Shown here in pieces: positions 50,974 to 61,526 of a stretch of 64,000 nt of DNA. How positions within the stretch are numbered: the stretch's first letter is position 1; every line of letters begins with the position of its first letter. The DNA lies in assembly GCA_964647565.1 (NCBI GenBank), contig CAZYIM010000005.1, forward strand, positions 30,967-94,966. The letters run 5' to 3'. Origin of the DNA: an uncultured Methanosarcinales archaeon (GTDB lineage Archaea > Nanobdellota > Nanobdellia > Woesearchaeales > CAZYIM01). A program made the position numbers and the translations under genes. The notes under the pieces were generated by a model. That model was not told the DNA's origin, searched no databases, and saw only the letters and a program-made list of their open reading frames with translations.

Positions 50974-52749
50974 TTATTTTTTCTTCTTCAGATCAAGCTT
51001 TATTTGTAATTCCTTTATCTGCTCAGGATAGAGCAGACCTGGACTGCCGTCCATTGGGCACTCAGCATTCTTGTTTTTAGGAAAGGCTATGACTTCACGG
51101 ATATCGTAGTAACCGCACATCAGACCGACAATCCTATCAAAGCCAAGACCCACTCCTCCATGAGGTGGTGCGCCGTACTTGAAGGCTTCTAATAGAAACC
51201 CAAATTTCTCGTATGCTTTTTCCTTAGGAAGACCTATTACATTAAAAACCCTCTCCTGGATCTCAGGCCTATTGATTCTGATGCTTCCCGAACACAGTTC
51301 AGAACCGTTTAAGGCCAGATCATAAAGGTCTCCTAAAATCTTACCAGGATCTGTCTCAAGATACTTCAGATGCTCTTTCTTAGGATGGCTGAATACATGA
51401 TGCTCTGGCTCCCATCTGTCTTCGGCCTCGTTCCAGCTGAAAAGAGGGAAATCTGTCACCCAGCTAAACCTGAACTGCTTTTTATCATATAATTCGAGAT
51501 CTTCTCCTAGCTTCAACCGAAGATTTGCGAGAATCGCATTGGTCTTTTTCTGCTTACCTGCAATAAAGAATAAAAACGATCCTGGTTTAGCACCAGTCTT
51601 CTTAATAAGATCCTGCTGCAGTTTCTTGGAAAATAATTTTGCAACATTGCTCTCAAGACCTTCTTCGGTCACTTTCATCCAGACCATTCCTTTAGCACCG
51701 TCCTTTGTAACAAAGTCTTCATATTTGTCAACATCATTCCTACTGAACTCCTTCTTCGGATTTATGCATTTGACTATTCCGCCATTCTCAATGATGTTTT
51801 TGAAGACACCAAAATCACTCTTGGCAGAAATGTCTGTCACATCATATAAGAACAGGTCGAACCTTGTGTCTGGTTTATCAGTGCCGTACTTAGCCATAGA
51901 TTCTTTGTAGGTGAATATTGGAAATGGTGTCTTGACATCATAACCAATGGCTTCTTTGAAAATTGCCTTGAAGAGACCTTCAACAATCTCAAATATATCC
52001 TCTTTTTCAACAAAGCTCATCTCCAGGTCAATCTGAGTATGTTCTGGCTGTCTGTCTGCCCTCAAATCCTCATCTCTAAGACATCTTGCGAACTGGAAGT
52101 ACCTGTCACAACCACTGACCATCAATATCTGTTTGTAGAGCTGTGGACTCTGTGGAAGTGCATAGAACCTCCCCGGATTTACCCTCGAAGGTACAACATA
52201 ATCTCGTGCACCTTCAGGAGTGGCCCTGACCAGCATGGGGGTCTCAAGATGACGAAAACCGTTGCGATCAAAGTACTTCATGGCTGCCAACATAGCCTTA
52301 TGCCTTATTGTAAGGTGTTTTTGCATCAAAGGTCTTCTGAGATCAACGTATCTGTATTTCAATCTGACATCATCAGTCGCTATCTTGTTATCATCAACCT
52401 CTATTGGAGGAGTTTCTGATGAGTTCAGGATTTCAACTGTGTCAACCAGCACTTCAATCTTTCCAGTTGCGAGTTTCAGATTCTCCAATCCTTCACCTCT
52501 CGTCCTAACATGACCTTCCACTTGCAGCACATCCTCTCTTCTTAGGCTCTCTGCAACTGCATGTGCCTTTTTATTATGTGAAGGGTCAAAAACAATCTGG
52601 GTCAGGCCATATCGATCCCTAAGATCAATGAATATGATTCCGCCATGATCACGGCCAGAATGATTCCATCCCGAAAGCTTTACCTTCTTTTTAATGTCCG
52701 CTTTCTTCAACTCTCCGCATGTATGCGTTCTTAACCTTGTTGTATACAT
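50974..52749 (-). CDS. aspS: Bacterial-type aspartyl-tRNA synthetase, probably non-discriminating
   Basis: RTHTCGEL, RDHGG, TPEGARDY, LPQSPQ, RDEDLRADRQPE, GAD insertion, GAPPHGG. Confidence 0.96.
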   Translation of the reverse strand: MYTTRLRTHTCGELKKADIKKKVKLSGWNHSGRDHGGIIFIDLRDRYGLTQIVFDPSHNKKAHAVAESLRREDVLQVEGHVRTRGEGLENLKLATGKIEVLVDTVEILNSSETPPIEVDDNKIATDDVRLKYRYVDLRRPLMQKHLTIRHKAMLAAMKYFDRNGFRHLETPMLVRATPEGARDYVVPSRVNPGRFYALPQSPQLYKQILMVSGCDRYFQFARCLRDEDLRADRQPEHTQIDLEMSFVEKEDIFEIVEGLFKAIFKEAIGYDVKTPFPIFTYKESMAKYGTDKPDTRFDLFLYDVTDISAKSDFGVFKNIIENGGIVKCINPKKEFSRNDVDKYEDFVTKDGAKGMVWMKVTEEGLESNVAKLFSKKLQQDLIKKTGAKPGSFLFFIAGKQKKTNAILANLRLKLGEDLELYDKKQFRFSWVTDFPLFSWNEAEDRWEPEHHVFSHPKKEHLKYLETDPGKILGDLYDLALNGSELCSGSIRINRPEIQERVFNVIGLPKEKAYEKFGFLLEAFKYGAPPHGGVGLGFDRIVGLMCGYYDIREVIAFPKNKNAECPMDGSPGLLYPEQIKELQIKLDLKKKK

Positions 52750-52794
52750 ATTTTCACCTTTCCTTAGTTTTTTCTTATACGTTTTTATGTTTTG

Positions 52795-53035
52795 TTATTT
52801 TACTGGATCATTGAAAAAATTACAACATAGCCGGGCGAGGCGTAGCCGAGTAGCCCTCTCCAAAGAGAGCGTCCAAGCCAATGTTGTTGTGATTTTTTCT
52901 TTAAATGTTACTTATTTTACTCTGTCTTTATAGTCCTCTCTCATGTCAAGTTTTGCTTGTGCAGAAACTTGACGACCTGCTGTTTAGCAGCAATCGTCAT
53001 TACCATTATTATTTGTATTGCCAACTAGAGAGAAC
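52795..53035. repeat. Two tandem multi-hairpin elements upstream of aspS, the first flanked by 10-bp direct repeats
   Basis: TTATTTTACT at 52795-52804 and 52912-52921; 15-bp arms 52813-52827/52885-52899; GTCAAGTTTTGC-TTGT-GCAGAAACTTGAC at 52945-52973. Confidence 0.55.
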
Positions 53036-53092
53036 TTCGCTGTATCATAACGATTTTTTATTGACATAAGAAAGGGTAATGGTTTATGTTAT

Positions 53093-53323
53093 TTAAATAT
53101 TGTCCTTAGGAACCTGGATAAGCTTATTTATCTGCTTAACCAAAGCAGATCCTATGTTTAAATAAGTAAGATGTATACCTGACTGTCCAAAAGTATGTTC
53201 CATATACTGCACTAATTCCTTTTCATCACCCAGGACTCTGGTACTGTCCAAGCGCCCCGGAATCACTGTATTTAAAATATATTGATCGGCACTATTTGTT
53301 TCTATTCTATACAATTTTGTCAT
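53093..53323 (-). CDS. Small hypothetical protein
   Basis: 76-aa ORF co-oriented between gatA and aspS. Confidence 0.45.
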   Translation of the reverse strand: MTKLYRIETNSADQYILNTVIPGRLDSTRVLGDEKELVQYMEHTFGQSGIHLTYLNIGSALVKQINKLIQVPKDNI

Positions 53324-53353
53324 TTTATAGTCTAGGAAAAATAATCTGTTTAT

Positions 53354-54712
53354 TTATTTTCCTACTTGTTCCAGAACATTAAACAATAGAATTTCATTGA
53401 AAGCTGGTGCCATGATCTGGATGCCAATGGGTATATCATCAATCTTTCCACAGGGCGCAACTCCTGCGCATATTCCAGCAAGATTCGCAGGCGTTGTATA
53501 TGCATCATATGCATAAGCTGCTTCAACAGATATCTTCTGACCTAGCTTATGTGGTAGAGTGGGGGTTACTGGGCAAATGATGATGTCCACTTTCTTAAAT
53601 GCATTTTCAAAATCTTTTTGTATCAATTTTTTTGCAGCTAAGGCTTTTCTATAATATCGACCTCCATGCTCTGCTTTGGAAATCTCTTTGCCGCCAAGGA
53701 TTCTCCTGAGGACTTCCTCACCACAAGACTCTTCAATCAACTTACCGTATCTTCTAGCATCAAACTTTCTAGTTCCAGAAAAGAACTCCACATAAACGAG
53801 AGGGTAGTAGGTCTGGACAGCAAGAGGAATGTTTTTAAGTTCAATATCAACAATCTCAGAGTTGGTTTTTTTTGCAAGCTCGTCCACTTTTTGTTTTACC
53901 AAACTATATATGCGTTTATCATTGCACATCATTTCAAAATCTTTACTAAGGCCAATCCTTACGCGCTCTATCTCTTTAAAATCTGAATAGGGTCTGGCTG
54001 GCTTGTTATATGTGGTGGCATCATGATTTGATATCCCTGCAATAACCTCCAGCATGAGAGCCGCACCATACACATCTTTGCATAAAGGACCGATTTGGTC
54101 AAGGCTCATACTAAGATCTACAAGACCATATCTTGACACCCTACCATAGGACGGTTTGATACCAAAGATTCCACAATGGCTGGCAGGATTTCTTATGCTA
54201 CCACCTGTGTCTGAACCAAGTGCTATATCGCAGAAATCAGCAGCCACAGCTACTGCACTGCCAGAGCTGCTTCCACCTGGCACCCTTCCAGGTACTGCAG
54301 GATTTATAGTCGGACCAAATGCGCTTGTTTCTCCGCTGATTCCACTTGCAAATTCATCCATGTTGGTCATGCCGATTATAATACCATCCTCAGCTCTAAT
54401 CCTCTTGATTACATCTGCATCAAAAGTTCCCTTATAGTTTTCCAATGTCTTAGAAGCGCAGGTTACTGGCAAACCCTTAACAGAAATACATGACTTGACT
54501 GCAATGGCAAGACCTGCGAGCACCCCTACCTTTTCGCCAGTTTTGATTCTCTTGTCAAGTAATGCTGCCGCTTCAATTGCTCCCGCTTCATCAACAAAGA
54601 TAAACGCATTAATCTTCTTGTCTTCTTTTTTTATCTTCCCAAGAAAACTTTTGACATTATCAACTACTGAAAGTTCACCATTCCGGATTTTTTCAAGTTT
54701 TTCCTGTATCAT
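53354..54712 (-). CDS. gatA: Asp/Glu-tRNA amidotransferase subunit A
   Basis: TNMDEFA, PGGSSSGSA, GSDTGGSIRNPA, EEVLRRILGG. Confidence 0.96.
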   Translation of the reverse strand: MIQEKLEKIRNGELSVVDNVKSFLGKIKKEDKKINAFIFVDEAGAIEAAALLDKRIKTGEKVGVLAGLAIAVKSCISVKGLPVTCASKTLENYKGTFDADVIKRIRAEDGIIIGMTNMDEFASGISGETSAFGPTINPAVPGRVPGGSSSGSAVAVAADFCDIALGSDTGGSIRNPASHCGIFGIKPSYGRVSRYGLVDLSMSLDQIGPLCKDVYGAALMLEVIAGISNHDATTYNKPARPYSDFKEIERVRIGLSKDFEMMCNDKRIYSLVKQKVDELAKKTNSEIVDIELKNIPLAVQTYYPLVYVEFFSGTRKFDARRYGKLIEESCGEEVLRRILGGKEISKAEHGGRYYRKALAAKKLIQKDFENAFKKVDIIICPVTPTLPHKLGQKISVEAAYAYDAYTTPANLAGICAGVAPCGKIDDIPIGIQIMAPAFNEILLFNVLEQVGK

Positions 54713-55398
54713 TTCTCTTCTGCAACCTGAAACAGGTCTCTATTTGCATTAACCTGTTTTAGACATTGATTACATGCGACCTCGTAAATTTCTTTATCTC
54801 CAATCTCGATTTTTGGAGCACTTGCATCAAGATCTTTCCTGTAACCAAAATATGCCGGCTCCTTACCACATTTCTCACAAATGGCCGAATAATGATGAGA
54901 TTGTATCATAGGATCGTACCTTTCCATATGTAAAAGTTCTATCATACTTCCAAAGGGCCTTTGAAGGTGATCATAATCCAGACCTGTGACATGCACATGA
55001 AGATTCATTTCAAACCTCATATGTTGGATGGTGGGTATGAGCTTTCTATTGAAAAACTGTGCTTCATCAATACCAACAACACCTATTCCATCAGTAATCA
55101 ATCCAAGCATCTCTTCGGGTTTATCTACAGGCACACGTATTCTTGGTAATTTATATTTGATAACAGATCCTTTATGATTTTCCAGAAAAGTTGGATCATC
55201 ACCCCTATCATCAATTGTTGGACCAAATAATAAAAAATCAATTCCCTTATAATATTGTATTTTACCTAAACTTACGACCATGCCAAGGGTCTTGCCTGAG
55301 TACATGGTACCAAAATGTATCTCAAGCTTTCCAGGTTCAAAAACCTTGTCATCAAGATCCATTCCGATCATACTAACCATCTTCTCCTCCCTCACCAC
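54709..55398 (-). CDS. tdk: Thymidine kinase
   Basis: GTMYSGKT, IDEAQFF, GLD.D...PFG, CxxC...CxxC. Confidence 0.9.
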   Translation of the reverse strand: MVREEKMVSMIGMDLDDKVFEPGKLEIHFGTMYSGKTLGMVVSLGKIQYYKGIDFLLFGPTIDDRGDDPTFLENHKGSVIKYKLPRIRVPVDKPEEMLGLITDGIGVVGIDEAQFFNRKLIPTIQHMRFEMNLHVHVTGLDYDHLQRPFGSMIELLHMERYDPMIQSHHYSAICEKCGKEPAYFGYRKDLDASAPKIEIGDKEIYEVACNQCLKQVNANRDLFQVAEEK

Positions 55399-55613
55399 TT
55401 CTTTTTTTCAGCCTGAATATAATCATCCTTGGTCTTTGGGGCATTCTTGAACATCAATTTTTTGAACTCTTCAGATGATTCTGGTTCTGCAGGAATTCTT
55501 GTCTCTTCTTCCCTCTCAATGCCAAAATTCTCATCCAAGTTCACCTTATCAAGAGCTTGAATGAAATCATCCATGATCTTCTTGGCCTGCTTTTGGACCT
55601 GCTCCTTGTTCAT
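55392..55613 (-). CDS. gatC: Amidotransferase subunit C
   Basis: Short acidic ORF overlapping the gatB stop; FKNAP..KDDYI. Confidence 0.8.
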   Translation of the reverse strand: MNKEQVQKQAKKIMDDFIQALDKVNLDENFGIEREEETRIPAEPESSEEFKKLMFKNAPKTKDDYIQAEKKKW

Positions 55614-56974
55614 TTTAAAATACCTCTAATAATATCATTGACTTTTTTTGGATCTGCCTTACCCTGTGTTTTTTGCATGACATATCCGACAACAGCATTC
55701 AATGCTTTATCATTGCCTTTCCCAAAATCCTCAACAGCCTCGGGTTTGTGTTTTATTGCTTCCTCGCAAAGCTTGTTCAGTTCTGCATCATCTGAGACAG
55801 ATGTCAAGTTCTGTTTTCCAACATATTCCTTCACATCAAAGTTCTCTTTTACAAACTTCTCAAGGATATCCTTGGCAACAACAGGACTTATCTCATTGGA
55901 CTGCAAAAGCTTGAACCAATCAACAAGATAGTCTGGATTGATATCGAGTTCATCATATTCTAGTTCATGGGTATTTATCGCCGCAATGATATCCCTCCGG
56001 AACCATTTGCTTGCAAAGACAGGATCTATCTGCTTGATGATATTATCAAAGAGCTCTGCTAAAACAATCTCAGAACTTATAGTCTCAGCGTCCACCTTGT
56101 CAATACCCAACTTCAGATATCTCTTTAGCTTAAGAGACGGATGCTCGGGCAGTTCTGATTTAAGATGCTTGACCGTTTTTGGATCGACATGGATGATAGG
56201 CAGATCCGGCTCAGGTATGAACATGTAATCCTGGGCAGTCTCCTTGGTCCGCATAAAGACAGTCTCGAAATTAGAGTCATCCCAGGCCCTGGTCTGTAGT
56301 ATGTTTTTCTTTTCTTTAGATTGGCGCTCAATCTCAAACTTGATGGCTGCAATTATAGAACTAAACGAGTTAACGTTCTTGACCTCTGTCCTTATGAACT
56401 TAGGAGCAATAGAAACATTGACATCACTCTTGATACCCGCCTTTCGATCAACAGCTCTTATATAAGAAAGTGTGGTCATAAGTTTCTTCAGCCACTCCTC
56501 AACTTCATCCGTTGACTTGAAATCTGGCTTAGTGACAATCTCCACCAAGGGAAAGCCGCAACGATTGTAATCAATTGTTCCAGTCCCCGGATCCCATCTC
56601 GCAGGATCTTCTTCCAAGTGAATCTCCTCAATTCCAATGCCCAGAAACTCTCCATTAAGACCAACGGGCATAGCGTAGCTGCCAGACATGGTCTTCTGGA
56701 AACCATTAGGCAAGTCCGGCCAGGAGTAATGTTTTCTCTGAAAGAGCAGCTTATCGTTTATCTTGCAGTTCAGCATCAATGCAATAGAAATAATCTTATC
56801 AACAGCCTCCATATTGGCAAGCATAGGCTTAGAACCAGGCTGGCCAGTACAGACAGGACATATCTTGGTATTAGGTTCTGCATCATGATCTATCCTACAA
56901 TTACAGAAAAGCTTGCTCTTATTTTCCATATTGAGATAACCGTGTATCTCAAGACCAATTTTCACTTCCCCCAT
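55610..56974 (-). CDS. gatB: Amidotransferase subunit B
   Basis: IGLEIH, KLFC, RKHYSWPDLP, HLEED, DYNRCG.PLVEIVT, EVKN, YqeY-like tail. Confidence 0.96.
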   Translation of the reverse strand: MGEVKIGLEIHGYLNMENKSKLFCNCRIDHDAEPNTKICPVCTGQPGSKPMLANMEAVDKIISIALMLNCKINDKLLFQRKHYSWPDLPNGFQKTMSGSYAMPVGLNGEFLGIGIEEIHLEEDPARWDPGTGTIDYNRCGFPLVEIVTKPDFKSTDEVEEWLKKLMTTLSYIRAVDRKAGIKSDVNVSIAPKFIRTEVKNVNSFSSIIAAIKFEIERQSKEKKNILQTRAWDDSNFETVFMRTKETAQDYMFIPEPDLPIIHVDPKTVKHLKSELPEHPSLKLKRYLKLGIDKVDAETISSEIVLAELFDNIIKQIDPVFASKWFRRDIIAAINTHELEYDELDINPDYLVDWFKLLQSNEISPVVAKDILEKFVKENFDVKEYVGKQNLTSVSDDAELNKLCEEAIKHKPEAVEDFGKGNDKALNAVVGYVMQKTQGKADPKKVNDIIRGILK

Positions 56975-57014
56975 GAAAGGGATATAGAATTAGCTCTTAT
57001 TTAAACTTTTCTTC

Positions 57015-58190
57015 TCATCTCCAGCTCTTGATCAGTTCTTTAAAAACATCCTTTGTCTTTTCAAGGCTTTTAACAGAAACCCATTCATCATCAGCATGCT
57101 CATTAGCGCCGACAGGACTATGGCCTATTGCAGGGATGCCTTTCTGAGAAAGAATATTCATGTCTGTGCCGCCACATATCATTATACCTTTGCCTTTGAC
57201 ACCATGCACTTTTTTTATTGCAGATGCCATCCTGGTCTGAATCAGACTTTTTGATTTCTTAACAGGCTTGGTAAAACCCATTATTTCAACTTCAATCTTC
57301 AGTTGCTTATCTTTAGCTCTAGCTTTCTTGATGATATCCAACAGCTCTTTCTTTATATGTCGGGAATCCTCTTCAGGCAAGTATCTTCTATCTATTGTGA
57401 ATGTGAAGATATCTGGAACAGTATTCACTTTATTCCCACCTCTAACTTCACCACCAATCATCATGGTCGCAAATTCATCCCCTTTAGTCATAACAGGATA
57501 AGTGGATTTTCTTTTCACGATCTTTTGTTTCAGCTTTTGAAACTCAGTAATCATTGGCATAGCCCTTTCAAAAGCATTGATATTATCCTCAGTATGTATA
57601 TGAGCAGCATGCGCAGACTTGCCTTTGACACTAACTCTCATATGAAGAGTCCCCTTGCCTGTTGCCTGAAAAACTGTGCCGGGATAACCTTCACCAACTG
57701 CATAGTCTGCTTTCACTAATTTTTGATTTACAAGATAGAGAAATCCTGCCTTTCCTCCAGTCTCCTCATCTGGAACAAAAGAAATCTGAATATTGACCTT
57801 TGGCTTGATGCCTTCTGCTTTTAATTCCTTTATGGCCTGTAGATAGACAGCAAATTGGGCTTTGTCATCCCAAGCACCCCTGCCATAAAGTTTATCACCT
57901 TTGAGAACAGGCTTAAAAGGTTCTGTCTTCCAATTATTTGTGACAGGTACAACATCATAGTGGCCGTTAAGGTGCAGCCATTGTTTAGCACCCACATCCC
58001 ACTCTGCAAGAAGGTTTATTCGTTCATCACCATTGGGATCAGCCCATAACTCCTGGGGCGCCTTGACTCGTTTAGTCTTCAATCCTCGCTTTCTGCATTC
58101 TTTCTCCAAGACATCAACTATCTTCCCATAGTTCCTGCCAGGAGGATTGGTTGTGTCAATCTTAACTAGTTTTTTTAGTAGAGGTATCAT
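57015..58190 (-). CDS. M20 peptidase (ArgE/DapE family)
   Basis: NGHYDVVP, GRGAWDDK, PDEETGG, GGTD, H..DE. Confidence 0.92.
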   Translation of the reverse strand: MIPLLKKLVKIDTTNPPGRNYGKIVDVLEKECRKRGLKTKRVKAPQELWADPNGDERINLLAEWDVGAKQWLHLNGHYDVVPVTNNWKTEPFKPVLKGDKLYGRGAWDDKAQFAVYLQAIKELKAEGIKPKVNIQISFVPDEETGGKAGFLYLVNQKLVKADYAVGEGYPGTVFQATGKGTLHMRVSVKGKSAHAAHIHTEDNINAFERAMPMITEFQKLKQKIVKRKSTYPVMTKGDEFATMMIGGEVRGGNKVNTVPDIFTFTIDRRYLPEEDSRHIKKELLDIIKKARAKDKQLKIEVEIMGFTKPVKKSKSLIQTRMASAIKKVHGVKGKGIMICGGTDMNILSQKGIPAIGHSPVGANEHADDEWVSVKSLEKTKDVFKELIKSWR

Positions 58191-58196
58191 TTTAGT

Positions 58197-58823
58197 TCAC
58201 TTCAATATCTCGACATCGCAACCAGCAACCTCTTCAAAAAGATCTGCATCTGTTGGTGAACCGACTATGGCACCATAGTGCATAGGTATGGCCAGTTTTG
58301 GCTTGATCATTTCCACTGCTTCGGCAGCTTCTTCTGCAGTCATCACATAGGTTCCTGAGACAGGAAGAATTGCTATATCAATGTTCTTCAGATCCGCCAT
58401 CTCTGTTATGACATCTGTGTCACCTGCATGGTATATGCGAGTATTGTTCATAGTTACTACAAAACCAACCCAGCCATTTTCTTGGGGATGGAATTCTTTA
58501 TTAGTGTTATAAGCAGGTACAGCTTCTACAACTATACCATCAATCTCAAACCTGTCTCCAGGTTCTACCATCTTGATCTCTTTAGCTTTTAGATGATTCA
58601 ACTTGCTAAGGCAATCAGCCACTGTTATGATAATTGTACTTTCGTCACTGATCTTTTTCACATCATCAGGACTGCAATGATCATAATGTGCGTGTGTAAT
58701 CAGGATTAGATCTGCATGTTCTGTTTCTTTTATTTGAAAAGGATCTATATAAATTGTTTTTTCACCCTTGATTTTAAAGCTTGCATGACCCAATAATTCC
58801 AAGTTCACTCCATTATATTCCAT
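58197..58823 (-). CDS. Metallo-beta-lactamase-fold hydrolase
   Basis: THAHYDH, YHAGDT, IPMHYG. Confidence 0.92.
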   Translation of the reverse strand: MEYNGVNLELLGHASFKIKGEKTIYIDPFQIKETEHADLILITHAHYDHCSPDDVKKISDESTIIITVADCLSKLNHLKAKEIKMVEPGDRFEIDGIVVEAVPAYNTNKEFHPQENGWVGFVVTMNNTRIYHAGDTDVITEMADLKNIDIAILPVSGTYVMTAEEAAEAVEMIKPKLAIPMHYGAIVGSPTDADLFEEVAGCDVEILK

Positions 58824-58937
58824 ACTATCACCTGGTTATGGCGAAAATCTCCTTGTTTTTAATATTTTTCGTCATTAAGACGTCGAGGAGTAAAATCAAA
58901 ACATTTATATATAGATATTTGCAAGAAATCAATGTAG

Positions 58938-59513
58938 ATGGAACAATCAGCATTTAGAGGAACTCTCGAGTTTTTAGCAAGGGTTGGCGTGTATGATGTT
59001 GTTCTGCCGTTCATACTAGTCTTCACCATTGTTTTTGCTATTTTGGAGAAGACCAAAATATATGGTGTAGATAATCATCCTGAACATGGCAAGACATCAA
59101 GAAAAAACCTGAATGCGATGACTGCATTTGTAATGGCTTTTTTTGTGGTGGCGTCTTCACAATTGGTTGAGATCATCCTGCATGTCTCATCCCAGATTAT
59201 AGTACTTTTGCTATTAGGCGTATTTTTCCTGATTCTCGTGGGCGTCTTTCATACAGGTCCTGATGAATTGCAGCTCAGCGACGGCTGGAAAACGGCATTT
59301 ATGATCATCATGTTTGTTGGTATCGTATTAATTTTCCTAAACGCAGTTGGCTGGCTTGGTTCTGCATATGATTATGTCGTGCATCATTTCAATAGCACAG
59401 CAGTATCTGCGATTATACTTATAGTTGTCATACTAGGTTTCATGATTTATATTATTAAAGAACCAGGTGGTTCAAAAAAGAAAAATAAAAAAGACAAAAA
59501 GGAAGGTGACTAA
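58938..59513 (+). CDS. Multi-TM membrane protein, paralog 1
   Basis: GVYDVVLPFILVFTIVFAILEKTKIYG...KNLNAMTAFVMA. Confidence 0.8.
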   Translation: MEQSAFRGTLEFLARVGVYDVVLPFILVFTIVFAILEKTKIYGVDNHPEHGKTSRKNLNAMTAFVMAFFVVASSQLVEIILHVSSQIIVLLLLGVFFLILVGVFHTGPDELQLSDGWKTAFMIIMFVGIVLIFLNAVGWLGSAYDYVVHHFNSTAVSAIILIVVILGFMIYIIKEPGGSKKKNKKDKKEGD

Positions 59514-59516
59514 AAA

Positions 59517-60134
59517 ATGGCGTATGGAGGAGGTCTTACCTATGCTTTACAAACACTTGAACATTGGGGAATCACAGATGTTTTAATTCCGTTCATTTTG
59601 GTTTTTACCCTAGTTTTTGCAGTTATGCAAAAAACCAAGATTCTTGGTAAAGGAAAGAAAAACTATAATGTTATGGTTGCTCTGGTGATGGCTCTTGCGG
59701 TAGTAATTCCGCATGTCATGGGAACATATCCACCGAACGGCGATGTTGTTGAGATCATCAACAAGGCGCTGCCCAATATATCTCTTGTTGGCGTAGCGAT
59801 TCTTATGCTGTTATTGATAATCGGCACTTTTGGCGGTGAAGTCAAGCTAGCAGGGACTGGCCTGGCTGGATGGGCAGTAATTTTTTCAATCATCGCTGTT
59901 GCAGCTATTTTCCTGGGTGCATCTGGTGTTTTCGGACACAGGTGGTCCTGGTTTCGCAACATATTAAACCCCGAGACTGAGGCACTTATCATTATCATAC
60001 TGGTCTTTGGCATCATCATGTGGTTTGTTACCAAAGAAGATGGTGAAGATAAAAAGAAGACCAAAGAAGGCGAAAAGTTCCTCGATAGCTGGGGTAAGGT
60101 ACTCGGAGGTAAATCTGGAGACAAGATCGATTAA
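59517..60134 (+). CDS. Multi-TM membrane protein, paralog 2
   Basis: GITDVLIPFILVFTLVFAVMQKTKILG...KNYNVMVALVMA; GGTGA SD. Confidence 0.8.
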   Translation: MAYGGGLTYALQTLEHWGITDVLIPFILVFTLVFAVMQKTKILGKGKKNYNVMVALVMALAVVIPHVMGTYPPNGDVVEIINKALPNISLVGVAILMLLLIIGTFGGEVKLAGTGLAGWAVIFSIIAVAAIFLGASGVFGHRWSWFRNILNPETEALIIIILVFGIIMWFVTKEDGEDKKKTKEGEKFLDSWGKVLGGKSGDKID

Positions 60135-60139
60135 TTAAA

Positions 60140-60751
60140 ATGGCAACTTTAATGGATCTTAGCCTATTAGGCCATGTTAGGATAGTTTTTATTTTTATTC
60201 TTGTTTTTGCAATAGTCTACGCCATCCTTTCACGGGTAAAGATGTTTGGATCAGGCAATAACCAGGGAATCAATGCAATAATTGCCCTCGCAGTAGCCTT
60301 CTTGGTGGTGATATCTTCGAGTGTTGTAAAACTAGTAAGTTTTATGACCCCCTGGTTCATCATCATTGTTCTAATAGCCTTTTTCATTATTTTCGGCTAC
60401 AGAATGTTCAATGTTGGAGAAGACGTCATTGCAGGAGCTCTTAGAAAGCACTATATCTGGATCATTATTCCCTGTATTCTACTCGTTGTCTTTGGTTTTG
60501 CCAATGTATATGGTCAAAGCCTGCTCGAAGAAGGCGGTGGCTCTGCAAACGATGCAACAGGAGATGGTAATGGAGAAACAGTAGATACTGGCAATGGAGG
60601 TAGTGGCGAATCTTCAAGTACAGGAAGCACTGCTTCTGGAAATTATCAAAGCAATTTTGTCACAACTTTTTTTCACCCCAAGATTCTGGCATTTTTCTTT
60701 TTATTCCTAATAGGACTATTCACAATACTTTTCCTTACTGGCAGGGGTTAG
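60140..60751 (+). CDS. Multi-TM membrane protein, paralog 3, with Gly/Ser-rich loop
   Basis: FIFILVFAIVYAILSRVKMFG...GINAIIALAVA. Confidence 0.8.
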   Translation: MATLMDLSLLGHVRIVFIFILVFAIVYAILSRVKMFGSGNNQGINAIIALAVAFLVVISSSVVKLVSFMTPWFIIIVLIAFFIIFGYRMFNVGEDVIAGALRKHYIWIIIPCILLVVFGFANVYGQSLLEEGGGSANDATGDGNGETVDTGNGGSGESSSTGSTASGNYQSNFVTTFFHPKILAFFFLFLIGLFTILFLTGRG

Positions 60752-60753
60752 AA

Positions 60754-61488
60754 TTATTTCTTTTTTAGAGTATCTGTCACTTTAGATAGCTCATTAACAT
60801 TCTCTGTAAAGACTGGTAGCACCTTTGAGAATACTTTTTCCATAGCCTTTACCTCTGCACCTACATCAAGGATGTGTTTGTCATAATCAGCAATCTTGCC
60901 TATAACTGCCTGATGTAGTTTATCAAATGTTTCTTTTAGGTCAGTAAACTGCTGTTCCATTGTTATAAACTTTTCTTCTGTCCTTTTCTTCCATTCAATG
61001 ATCTTGTTTATATCTTTAACTAATTGCTCCCATTTTTCATTGATAATGGTCTCTACAAGCTCTTCTGTTGTTGAAGAGCTGCCAATTGGTGGTGCAGCCT
61101 CAGTCTGAATTGGTTGCGCAGCCATCATGGGTTGTGGTTGAACTGGAGAACTATTGAAAGGTGATTCTTGAGCAGGAGGTGATGCTTGCGGCAACGGATC
61201 AGAGGTTATCTCTGGTTGAGGATTTGCTGGTTGCTCTGACGGAGGACTCTGTTGCTGGAAGCCTTCAGGAGCAGGCTCTTGTACACCCTGAGTAGGTGCT
61301 CCATTCCCCATTGGGGCTCCTGATTTAATCTCTGCCTGAGTCATAGCATCAAATATCTGTGAAGAATTAAAACCATCTCTCTGCAGAGTCTCAATTACCT
61401 GATTATTGTCCATTCCTTGTTGTTTCAGGTTCATGACTTGATCTACAGGTATGCCATTAGGCCTGTCCTTTTTACTAAAAAGAGCCAT
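60754..61488 (-). CDS. Hypothetical protein: helical N-domain, Pro/Gln linker, coiled-coil C-domain
   Basis: GAGGTGA SD before ATG 61488; EELVETIINEKW coiled coil. Confidence 0.75.
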   Translation of the reverse strand: MALFSKKDRPNGIPVDQVMNLKQQGMDNNQVIETLQRDGFNSSQIFDAMTQAEIKSGAPMGNGAPTQGVQEPAPEGFQQQSPPSEQPANPQPEITSDPLPQASPPAQESPFNSSPVQPQPMMAAQPIQTEAAPPIGSSSTTEELVETIINEKWEQLVKDINKIIEWKKRTEEKFITMEQQFTDLKETFDKLHQAVIGKIADYDKHILDVGAEVKAMEKVFSKVLPVFTENVNELSKVTDTLKKK

Positions 61489-61526
61489 ATTCACCTCTCC
61501 GTAAAAAATTCTTTTGCTCTGAATAT

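Noticed and set aside
52750..53090. T-box riboswitch ahead of aspS
   Set aside because: No T-box consensus or specifier stem seen on the coding strand; T-boxes are bacterial
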